From a virus (Duplodnaviria > Caudoviricetes), in the IMG/VR virus record IMGVR_UViG_3300006169_000014, positions 1-36,031 of that record: a stretch of DNA of 36,031 bases. One strand, written 5' to 3'. This document shows positions 17,531-25,088 of the stretch, in pieces. The translations under genes and the position numbers were made by a program. Numbering within the stretch: the first letter of the stretch is position 1; the number at the start of each line of letters is the position of its first letter. The notes beneath the pieces are model-generated. The model was not told the DNA's origin, did no database searches, and worked only from the letters and a program-made list of their open reading frames with translations.

Positions 17531-18453
17531 GCTTCGTTCCTTCCTTGAGCCGTCAGCGTCTCCCATGCGAGTCGAACCACTGCCGGAACCTGTCCGTTGC
17601 CAGTGGCGCGCACGCGGTCCATCCGATGGGCCACCCCATCAACCACTCCCTCAAAGCGAGCCACACCCCACCAGTCCGTCCCTCCAGAGAGGGTCTCTTC
17701 GGTCCAGTGCGCCCCATGGCGCCGCCTTGGTTGCTCCCGTAGAGCGTCGCTGTTGGCGTCGGCAGGTAACCGCGCGCCTGGGCAAGCTCGGGTGAGAGCC
17801 TGGGACCGCCGTGCCGCTTTCCACGTCCCGATCGCGCCGAGGCCCCCTTGTGATCGCTCGCCAGCGGCGTCGGCAGAGGGGGCGCACGCATCTCCGCGAG
17901 CCGCCGGTGCCCAGCCCATTTGAGCATCGACGGCGACTCCTCGTTTCCCGCGCCGGTCGGCGTCGGTAGCCACGATCCAGATGCGGTCTCGCTTGTGCGG
18001 GGCGCCGACGTGGCGAGCTCCCAGCACGTCCCATCGAGCATCGTACCCGAGCGCGGCCAGGTCACCGAGGACGACGTCGAGTCCGCGAGCAGTGAGATCT
18101 GGGCTGTTCTCCACGAACGCGAAGCGCGGTCGTACTTCGCCAATGATGCGAGCGAACTCAGACCAGAGGCCGCTGCGTGCGCCACCGATACCTGCGCGCG
18201 ACCCGGCGCTGGAGATGTCCTGGCATGGGAAGCCCCCGCTGATGACATCGACGTGGCCGCGCCAGGGCCGGCCGTCGAACGTGCAGACGTCATCCCAGAT
18301 CGGGAAGGGTTCGAGGTGGCCGTCTCGCTGCCGAGCGAGGAGCACGCTGCGGCAGTAGGCATCAATCTCGACAGCGCAGACGGTGCGCCAACCAAGCAGG
18401 AGCCCTCCCAGGATGCCTCCTCCTGCCCCAGCAAAAAGTGCCAGCTCACGCAC
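17527..18453 (-). CDS. DNA (cytosine-5) methyltransferase, alpha-type chain
   Basis: LFAGAGG (I), GGFPCQD (IV), ENS (VI), HKRDRIW (VIII), GNGQVP (X); no clear motif IX in this frame. Confidence 0.9.
   Translation of the reverse strand: MRELALFAGAGGGILGGLLLGWRTVCAVEIDAYCRSVLLARQRDGHLEPFPIWDDVCTFDGRPWRGHVDVISGGFPCQDISSAGSRAGIGGARSGLWSEFARIIGEVRPRFAFVENSPDLTARGLDVVLGDLAALGYDARWDVLGARHVGAPHKRDRIWIVATDADRRGKRGVAVDAQMGWAPAARGDACAPSADAAGERSQGGLGAIGTWKAARRSQALTRACPGARLPADANSDALREQPRRRHGAHWTEETLSGGTDWWGVARFEGVVDGVAHRMDRVRATGNGQVPAVVRLAWETLTAQGRNEA
17553..18449 (-). CDS. alternative-frame methyltransferase beta-type chain
   Basis: GTG at 18449 overlaps the upstream stop; three LPTP repeats and motif-IX-like EWLMGWPIGWT. 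Confidence 0.65.
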   Translation of the reverse strand: MSWHFLLGQEEASWEGSCLVGAPSALSRLMPTAAACSSLGSETATSNPSRSGMTSARSTAGPGAATSMSSAGASHARTSPAPGRAQVSVAHAAASGLSSLASLAKYDRASRSWRTAQISLLADSTSSSVTWPRSGTMLDGTCWELATSAPRTSETASGSWLPTPTGAGNEESPSMLKWAGHRRLAEMRAPPLPTPLASDHKGASARSGRGKRHGGPRLSPELAQARGYLPTPTATLYGSNQGGAMGRTGPKRPSLEGRTGGVWLALREWLMGWPIGWTACAPLATDRFRQWFDSHGRR

Positions 18454-18937
18454 GGTCCCTCGATTCGACTGCTGCGGGGGCCGGGGCCTGCAGGACAATG
18501 AGGCCGCGCCGCACATCGATGCGGCGCCAGCCTGCTTTGACGAAGCAGCGGCCTGGATCGCGCTTGCGGGCGACACGTTCGGGATCGACCTCGGTGGTGA
18601 GCGGCACGGGCGGCAGCCCGTGATAGCGCCGGCGCCAATGGGCATAGGTGCGCTCGGTCGCCTCGGCGATGAGCACGCTGGACTGGATGAGCGATTCGTT
18701 CCGGAAGATGGCGCAGCGGAAACGACGCCCGCCAGCGGGGTCGAGATTCTCGATGGCGCCCCACACCGCGTCGCCGCCCTCGGCGAGCATCACCAAGGTG
18801 CGGCCGCTGCTCATGAATTCGCGCGCGCCCGGCGTCTGCCGCGAATAGTGCCGATCGGCCAGGCGCCGAGCCCGCGCGTCAGTCCGTCGAACCGGGTGCC
18901 AGTAGCCGTCGAGCTCGAAGAGCAAGCCTGCGTTCAT
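18446..18937 (-). CDS. Mom-like (GNAT-fold) DNA modification protein
   Basis: RHYS, FRNE, SSxLI, TEVDP, PGRCFVKAGW; adjacent to the methyltransferase. Confidence 0.6.
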   Translation of the reverse strand: MNAGLLFELDGYWHPVRRTDARARRLADRHYSRQTPGAREFMSSGRTLVMLAEGGDAVWGAIENLDPAGGRRFRCAIFRNESLIQSSVLIAEATERTYAHWRRRYHGLPPVPLTTEVDPERVARKRDPGRCFVKAGWRRIDVRRGLIVLQAPAPAAVESRDRA

Positions 18938-19134
18938 GGATACCGCCTCCGGCGCGCCTCGAGGCATCCGCGGCAGAGCAACGTCGGCAGCGTCGCGGGC
19001 TGGCCGCAGTAGTCGCGGATGCAGACGACCTGACCGTCCTCGGTGATGAGATTGAAGCGTCGCGCGTAGTTCATCGCCGCGGCGTCCATCGGCAGGAGCC
19101 GGCTGGGCTCCTGGGTATCGGCGACATCGTTCAT
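18934..19134 (-). CDS. small Cys-rich hypothetical protein
   Basis: 66 aa; ATGA coupling. Confidence 0.55.
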   Translation of the reverse strand: MNDVADTQEPSRLLPMDAAAMNYARRFNLITEDGQVVCIRDYCGQPATLPTLLCRGCLEARRRRYP

Positions 19135-19189
19135 GGGTTGAGGTCCTCCACGGTGAACTCGATGCGTGTGAGCGAGAAGGACATGCGCC

Positions 19190-19453
19190 TCACGGCACGT
19201 ACTCCCAGTCGTTGGACTCGTTCAGATCGAGGTCGCCGTCATCGTCGCGGACCTCGTAGTCGCCGCTCTCGATGGCCTCGCGGAGCTCGCGGTCGATCTC
19301 GGCATCGATGCAGTCCGGCGCGCAGGGCTCCTCACCAACCGCGTGGCAGCCGGGGCAGACGTGGGGCGCCTGCGAGCAGCCGGGGTCGTGGTAGCTGTTG
19401 GCGTCGCAGCCGCACTCCTTGCAGGCCCTGAAGGCGAAACCGAGGCCGCTCAT
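19190..19453 (-). CDS. small Cys-rich acidic protein
   Basis: CKECGC, CPGC, CAPDC. Confidence 0.55.
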   Translation of the reverse strand: MSGLGFAFRACKECGCDANSYHDPGCSQAPHVCPGCHAVGEEPCAPDCIDAEIDRELREAIESGDYEVRDDDGDLDLNESNDWEYVP

Positions 19454-19788
19454 GTGGTAATTCCGCTCCTCTCGTGGACGAGGTTGAGGACTGCCGTCAG
19501 CCGATCGACTCGTGCGTCGAGGGCTCGATAGGCGCCGGCGAAGGCCTCCTCGGCGCTGGCGCCCGTGGCGCCGGTGTTGCAGATGCGGCAGGTCCAGTGC
19601 GGGCCGTGGTCGACCAGGCCCGCCTGGATCTCGGGGCAGAGGTAGTGCGGCACAGAGTGCATCGCGCGGCTGTCCCAGACGAGGTCCGTGAACTCGAAGC
19701 CGAAGCCGTGAACGGTCACGTCACTGCGCTTCGCAGCCGACGGCGGCGCTGGCGTAGCCTCGGGAGGCATCTTCCGGGCGGCCTTCAC
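19450..19788 (-). CDS. hypothetical protein
   Basis: 112 aa, coupled, GGAGG RBS. Confidence 0.55.
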   Translation of the reverse strand: MKAARKMPPEATPAPPSAAKRSDVTVHGFGFEFTDLVWDSRAMHSVPHYLCPEIQAGLVDHGPHWTCRICNTGATGASAEEAFAGAYRALDARVDRLTAVLNLVHERSGITT

Positions 19789-20099
19789 GTCGCACCTCCC
19801 GCCTGGAGGAACGCGGCCTCGCGCGCCTGGCTATCCTTCCTCGGACGCCCGTTCTTGCCGCGGCAGAGCTCGACGGCTTCGTCGATGGGCATACCGGCAC
19901 CGATGAGCTCGAGGCACCGCCGCAGGCGCTTCAGCGCCGTCCGTTCGATCTGGTGCACACGCTCCTTGCTGATACCGAGCTCGCTCGCGACCTCCTCGTA
20001 GGTGACGACCGGGCGAAGCCCTTTGACGATCCAGGGCACCGTGCCGCCGTAGCGGCGTGCGTACTTCGTGGTCGCGAGCTTTTGCTTCTCGACGTCCAT
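19785..20099 (-). CDS. stand-alone sigma-70 region 4 domain protein
   Basis: TYEEVASELGISKERVHQIERTALKRLR matches RpoD-type region 4.2; GAGGAGG RBS. Confidence 0.8.
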   Translation of the reverse strand: MDVEKQKLATTKYARRYGGTVPWIVKGLRPVVTYEEVASELGISKERVHQIERTALKRLRRCLELIGAGMPIDEAVELCRGKNGRPRKDSQAREAAFLQAGGAT

Positions 20100-20120
20100 G
20101 GTCCCTCCTCCTCGTTGTCG

Positions 20121-20411
20121 TCAGCTGTTCGCTGGGGAATCGCGTTCGAGTCGTTCTTCAGAGCCCTTGCGGCGACAGTCCGCACAGATGGCGCCGGCGT
20201 CGGCGAAGGCCTGGGCGCGGGCGCGTGGCGGTGTGAGGTCGCAGAACAGGAGACCCGGGCTCGGCTCGAGCTCCTCGAGCGACGGCGTCCCGTACTGCGC
20301 GAACACGACCTCCACCGCCGGAAGGGCGTCCTTCACGATCATCGCGCTCGCGAGCCCGTCGGCGCAGGAGTCGTGGGTGATGAGCTTCGTGACCTTGCTG
20401 CAGTCGATCAC
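20121..20411 (-). pseudogene. truncated DHH-family phosphoesterase
   Basis: THDSCADGLASA and LLFCD motifs present; similarity stops where the DHH motif is expected. Confidence 0.55.
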
Positions 20412-20629
20412 TGGCCCTCCTCCACCGCGAGGTCGGCATCGATCGGGCCGAGCAGATCATCGAGCTTCTTCGCGAGCTTCCGGCCTTCCCAGGTGCGCTT
20501 GCTGGCCTTGTGCGCGCGCTCGCGCGTCGCAGGCGGGACTGGCCGCGAAGGCAGCCCCGCGAACGCCTTGCTCTCGCGCGGCTCCCACTCCGCCGGCATG
20601 CGCAGGCGATTGAACCGGCGGTCGGTCAC
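20408..20629 (-). CDS. hypothetical protein
   Basis: 73 aa; GTGA overlap with the integrase stop. Confidence 0.55.
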   Translation of the reverse strand: MTDRRFNRLRMPAEWEPRESKAFAGLPSRPVPPATRERAHKASKRTWEGRKLAKKLDDLLGPIDADLAVEEGQ

Positions 20630-22299
20630 TGCTCACCTCGCCCGCGCTTGCGCCGCGCCGCATCGAGACTCGCCACCTTAGGCCGTGTGGCCTCCTCGGC
20701 GCGCTCTGATGCCGCGAGTGCCTCACCGAGGGGAGCCACGAGGTGCCACCGCCGGTGTGTGCGGGCGAGGTCGAGGAGTTCTACGAGATGCTCACTCGAC
20801 AGTTGCGTGCCGCAAGCCACCCCCCCCTGATCGGGGTGGCTTGCAGGCGTCGTTCCTGCACTTCCCTGTGCGCGAGCCGGCTGTCTTTCTGCTGTTCCCG
20901 TCGCCGCTGCAGTTTCTGTGCAGCTTTCTAATCCGCTGGTCGTAGGTTCGAATCCTACCGGGCGTGCTACTCGATCCAGCATGATTTCCGCTCCCTCCTC
21001 GCCGCATCCGTCAGCGGCTGAAATTTGTTGAGCCACCTCGTAAGCCATCCCCCCCTCCGCGGGCGCCGTCGGCACCGGTGAATTGTCGAGCTTTCGGAAC
21101 CCGAGCGCGACGTCCAGCGGTGCCCAGTCGCCGAGGGTTTCGATGCGCTCAGCCTCCCGCCGGTAGCGGTTGATCATCTGGCTCGACGTGTGCCCGGTGC
21201 GGCGCGCGATCCAGGCCTCGGTGCGGTCGTTGGCCAGGGCGACAGTGATAAAGCCCGCGCGTAGGTCGTGGAAGCGGATGACCCCGCGTCCGGGGCGGGC
21301 GTCGAACAACTCCGGGCGGGAGATACCGGCCAGCCTCACGTGCTCGCGGAACAACTCCGCCTGCTCCGTGTCGCTCAGCGGCGGGAACACCAGGGCGTCC
21401 GCGGGCGGGTCGCCGAGGCCCTTCCGATACGCGACGAGAGCGTCGCGCGTGCCGGGGAACATCTCCCAGCTCAACACCTCGCCCGTCTTGCTGATGCCAC
21501 CATGGACGAAGCCGTTCTCGAGGTCGAGGTCGCGCCAGAAGAGCGCGAGGTACGCCTTGCGCCCGCCTTCGCGATGTCCGAAGCCATAGAGCACGCGATA
21601 ACCGATCTCGACCTTCGGCGAGCCACACAGAACGACGTCGTTCGCCGGATACAAGAACGGGTACTTCGGCGGACGGCTCGGCTTCGGCGAGAAGCCGACG
21701 TCGAGGGGACTGCGCTCGATGATGCGGCAAGGGTTCGCTGCCTTCTTGAGAAGGTATTGGATGACCTGGGCATATTGCTTGCGCGTGGAGTCGGTCTTCA
21801 CTCGCGCTGGGAGGTTCTCCATCGCCCGATAGGCGTCATCGGCACTGAAGCGAACGAGTGGGATGTTGCCGATGGTCTTGCAAAGCGCATTCAGCCGACT
21901 GACGTCGTCACCGACACTCGCCTTGTCCCGCTTGAAATAGCCTGACCCGTAGCGAACGGCGAGTGTGCCGCTCGTCCAGCGTTCGCCGAACTCTCGAAAC
22001 GTGATGAGCGCCCCGGGCTTGCCGTTGCCGTCGTCTATGGCCTCCGCGCACAGCTCTCGGATTGCCTCGACGCCACCGTCGAACTCGGCCTGATCGTGAC
22101 TCGCGGCGAGCTGGCGCAGTGCGGTCTCGATCTCCGTGTAGCGGCCGCGGGCCACGAGCAATGCTGCCATCTCGGCCATGACAGCCTCGCGTTGTTCCGC
22201 GACCTCCTTGCGGGGAGCCTGGATCACGAACCAGGGCCGACGCCCCTTGCCGATTCTGAGCTGGGTGCCCCAGCCGTTCTTTCGTCGATGCAACGTCAT
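20626..22299 (-). CDS. int: tyrosine integrase with long C-terminal tail containing attP
   Basis: GGRK (R), SKTG (K), HDLR, TGH and NRY catalytic set. Confidence 0.9.
   Translation of the reverse strand: MTLHRRKNGWGTQLRIGKGRRPWFVIQAPRKEVAEQREAVMAEMAALLVARGRYTEIETALRQLAASHDQAEFDGGVEAIRELCAEAIDDGNGKPGALITFREFGERWTSGTLAVRYGSGYFKRDKASVGDDVSRLNALCKTIGNIPLVRFSADDAYRAMENLPARVKTDSTRKQYAQVIQYLLKKAANPCRIIERSPLDVGFSPKPSRPPKYPFLYPANDVVLCGSPKVEIGYRVLYGFGHREGGRKAYLALFWRDLDLENGFVHGGISKTGEVLSWEMFPGTRDALVAYRKGLGDPPADALVFPPLSDTEQAELFREHVRLAGISRPELFDARPGRGVIRFHDLRAGFITVALANDRTEAWIARRTGHTSSQMINRYRREAERIETLGDWAPLDVALGFRKLDNSPVPTAPAEGGMAYEVAQQISAADGCGEEGAEIMLDRVARPVGFEPTTSGLESCTETAAATGTAERQPARAQGSAGTTPASHPDQGGVACGTQLSSEHLVELLDLARTHRRWHLVAPLGEALAASERAEEATRPKVASLDAARRKRGRGEQ
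20925..20967 (+). mobile_element. attP: attP core: 3' half of tRNA-Arg(UCU)
   Basis: TTTCTAA anticodon loop, TCCGC, TGGTC, GTAGG-TTCGAAT-CCTAC T-arm, CGGGCGT-G acceptor strand; no 5' half. Confidence 0.85.
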
Positions 22300-22303
22300 G
22301 GGC

Positions 22304-22645
22304 TTACTTGCCTCGCACGGCTCTGAGCCGCGCCATCATCTCGTCTTTCGCTGCCGCCTTGGCGAGGGGTGGCTTGACCGGCTCTTCCTTGTCGAAGCTC
22401 TTGCCGTGCACGCGCGCGAGTTCTTCGCGCAGCGCGTCCGGCGACAAGAAATATCGACGGCCGTCTTTTCGCGCGCCTGCCTGCCCCTTGATCATACGGC
22501 GCCTGACAGCCTTGATGTGCCGCCGAGGACCCAACGGGCTGTCGGCTTGCTCCACGTCATCGTCTGCCGACCGACGAAGACGGGCCTCGACCTTTTCCGC
22601 GACCAGGTCGGCGAACGCCTCGAAGGCCTCGACGAGGTCCGTCAT
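22304..22645 (-). CDS. excisionase-like / recombination directionality factor
   Basis: small basic protein just upstream of int with GRRYFLSPDAL wing-like motif. Confidence 0.55.
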   Translation of the reverse strand: MTDLVEAFEAFADLVAEKVEARLRRSADDDVEQADSPLGPRRHIKAVRRRMIKGQAGARKDGRRYFLSPDALREELARVHGKSFDKEEPVKPPLAKAAAKDEMMARLRAVRGK

Positions 22646-22758
22646 CGTGAAACCTCGTCGCGCGTCGCCTCACCCGTGATGTCTTTGGAGCGCGTATCGG
22701 GAAACGGCGCCGCCGGCGCGCACGCCGAGCAGAGATCGGACACCAGCGAGTCAGTCAT
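22642..22758 (-). CDS. 38 aa coupled small ORF
   Basis: MTDSLVSDLCSAC...EVSR; ATGA overlaps at both ends. Confidence 0.4.
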   Translation of the reverse strand: MTDSLVSDLCSACAPAAPFPDTRSKDITGEATRDEVSR

Positions 22759-23084
22759 GACCCCCTCCGCTCGGAGCGCCGCAGCGCCTCGATGCCGTCG
22801 GGCGTGACGACGAAGACCGTGTCACCGCCGGAGAGCGGGTCCGGGCCGCGACGGACGCGCATGAGCTCGCGCGAGCAGAGCCCCTGGATCGTGGCCCAGT
22901 CGGCGTGCCCTTCGCCCGCACAGAAGCGGTTGCGGTAGAGGGGGCTCTCGCCGTCCCAGGCCGTCGCGTGCGCCATCACGTGGCGCTCGGCGGGCGAGAG
23001 CCGCAGGCGCGCGTCTTGGAGCCCGAGCGCCTGCTCGTGCTCGTGCCGCAGCGTCCGCGCGAGGGCATCGTCAAACCACGTCAT
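22755..23084 (-). CDS. hypothetical phage protein
   Basis: YRNRFCAG...FVVTPDG; AGGGAGGG RBS. Confidence 0.6.
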   Translation of the reverse strand: MTWFDDALARTLRHEHEQALGLQDARLRLSPAERHVMAHATAWDGESPLYRNRFCAGEGHADWATIQGLCSRELMRVRRGPDPLSGGDTVFVVTPDGIEALRRSERRGS

Positions 23085-23184
23085 GCCGCCCTCCCTGCCG
23101 CGCGGCAACGGCGGGCCGCGGACTCGAGCCGCCACTGCGCGAGGGCGACGTAAGGGTGGGTGGCGATCAGCGCGCGCCGCATTG

Positions 23185-23652
23185 CGGCAACGCGAAAAAC
23201 CAACGCGTTTAACCGGACTTGCGGCGTCCGGCCAAGGCAAACGCTAAATAAATTTGGGGGGGGGGGGGTACCTTTGTGGTAGGGGGCAGTTTTCTCCGCG
23301 GTTACGCGGACTTGAGTCCCCTTGCGGGGGCTCGTCATGAAAACGCTAAATCGCCCCTCGCGCACCCCTCGGTGGCCTTCCTCACGTCGCAACGGCTGCC
23401 CCGGTCCCTGCACCATCGAGCCCCTCCTGCGAGTGCGTCCCAACACTCGCGACGAAATCGCGTCTACAAGACGCCACCATGTACACACAACCCAAAACGA
23501 TACATCCATCGAGATTGGTACGAGGCGGTCAGCGACACTCCCACAGGAGGTCACTTCTCTCAACAATAGCGTTCGGTGGAGCTTAAGTCGACGCCGGTTC
23601 AGTCGCGGTATCATTTCATCCGTTAGGAATTTCCGTTCCGAAAGGTCACCGC
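23185..23652. promoter_or_regulatory. divergent early control region
   Basis: lower GC; strand switch; AAACGCTAAAT twice (23239, 23341); G13 run at 23256-23268. Confidence 0.6.
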
Positions 23653-24042
23653 TTGAAGAAGCCCCAAAAGCCGCGTGTTCGCCGCCGCCTCAAGCCCAAA
23701 CCGTTCGTCGCGCTCGCTGCAACACCAGAGCCCATTCGCGACGAACGCGTGCCAGAGCCGCTGTGGAACCTGCCCGTACGCGTCGAACAAGCCAATGCCC
23801 TGGGACCCCGCTACAACCAGACCGAGCTCGCCGAGAAGAGCGGGCTATCGCAGGCGGTGATCAGCAAGCTCGCCAACCGCACGAACCTCGTCGGGATCAG
23901 GCTCGAGACGCTCTATAAGCTCGCCGGCGCGCTCGACGTGACCGTGCCGTGGCTGCTCGGCGAGACCAGCAGGCGACGGCCGCGCCGGAAGCCCGGGTCT
24001 CGCGGGACCCGCACGAGTAAGCGCACGCGCAGCGGCCGATGA
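23653..24042 (+). CDS. XRE/CI-family HTH repressor
   Basis: NQTELAEKSGLSQAVISKLAN...LETLYKLAGALDVTVPWLLG; start codon uncertain. Confidence 0.85.
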   Translation: MKKPQKPRVRRRLKPKPFVALAATPEPIRDERVPEPLWNLPVRVEQANALGPRYNQTELAEKSGLSQAVISKLANRTNLVGIRLETLYKLAGALDVTVPWLLGETSRRRPRRKPGSRGTRTSKRTRSGR

Positions 24043-24090
24043 GGGCCGCTGACCTCGGCGAGGTGTGCGGCGTCTTCAGTCCCCCCTCCG

Positions 24091-24260
24091 CAGTGCCCAG
24101 CACCCCGCGACACCGCTCGACACCGTGCGATAGCGGCTGGCACCCTTCGACACTGCTCGGCAGTGCGGCGCACCGCTCGGCACGCTGCGACAGTGCTCGG
24201 CACTTCGCCGCAGTGCTCGACACCGTGCGACACCCCTCGGCACTCTGCGGCACAGTTGGG
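24091..24260. repeat. 17 x 10-bp degenerate tandem repeat, consensus about CACNGYKCGR
   Basis: 16 of 17 units begin CA(C/G) at exactly 10-bp intervals from 24091 to 24251. Confidence 0.9.
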
Positions 24261-24593
24261 TTTCGGGCCCGGCCCGTCGGCTATAGAGGGTGGGGGGCAC
24301 CTGAATTGGAGGGGGGTGCAGGTGCTTTTCGGGCGTCGCGTCGCCTCCTGACGTGAGCCGACCCAGAACTACAAAGGGCCATGACAGCTCCGAGAGCAGG
24401 CCCAAGCGCGGGGCAGCGCGACACGACACGGGGCTGCTGCCATCGCCCCGTGTCACCGCCATTCTGGCGTCGCCGGCGACAACGCAGCCGCCAGGTAATT
24501 TCGGCGTACGTTCCCGCACGGTTGCAGCAGTCGAGGACGCCTGCCTTGGCGGCGCTTGGCGGCGCTCGTCGCCCCTCCCCGGTCTGAAGGCTC

Positions 24594-25088
24594 TTGGCTG
24601 AGAAACGCAAACCGAGCACTCGCCAGCGGCCGCGGAAGGCGGTCGACCCCGCCGAGCTCGCCGCCATCCTGACGTTTGCCGAGCTCCATGGCGACAAGGC
24701 GGCATCCGAGCAATTCGGCGTCTCCTGCCGGACTTTGCAGCGCTACCGGGCAGAGTTGCGGGCGGGGCGACACCCCGCGCTGGCGGCGCTTGTCGCTCAA
24801 AAAAAAACCGACACCGCCCAGCGCTTCGAGGACCAGCTCACGGGCGTCTACGAGCGGGGCCTCGAGGCACTCAGGCGGCGCATCGACGACACGGGGCAGG
24901 ATACCCGCATGAAGGATCGCGACCTGATCGGAGCGGTACACATCCTGGGCAACCAGCTGGTGACGCGGCGGGCGCTGACCGGCGATGACGAGCCCACTCG
25001 AGACGATAGCGCGGGTGCGGCGCCTGCAGCGCCTGGCGCAGCAGGCCCGGATGCGCCGCCGGGCGCAAGCCGAGCGGCGCTCCACTGA
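24594..25088 (+). CDS. terS: terminase small subunit (putative)
   Basis: N-terminal HTH (AASEQFGVSCRTLQRY); directly upstream of terL. Confidence 0.65.
   Translation: MAEKRKPSTRQRPRKAVDPAELAAILTFAELHGDKAASEQFGVSCRTLQRYRAELRAGRHPALAALVAQKKTDTAQRFEDQLTGVYERGLEALRRRIDDTGQDTRMKDRDLIGAVHILGNQLVTRRALTGDDEPTRDDSAGAAPAAPGAAGPDAPPGASRAALH

Noticed and set aside
20880-20970. Complete phage tRNA-Arg gene
   Set aside because: No D-arm, 5' acceptor strand or 5' anticodon stem (GCAGC where GCGGA is needed), and it ends CTA rather than CCA; it is an att core only
23239-23375. Sigma-28 promoters from the TAAA motifs
   Set aside because: No GCCGATAA-like -10 element at the expected spacing after either copy
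24091-24260. CRISPR array or repeat-protein gene
   Set aside because: Contiguous 10-bp units with no spacers and no cas genes; a 10-bp period breaks codon phase and the overlapping ORFs look spurious
24799-24807. A9 run in terS as a programmed frameshift into terL
   Set aside because: The +1 frame stops at 24912 before terL and the -1 frame is non-coding-like and stops near 24988
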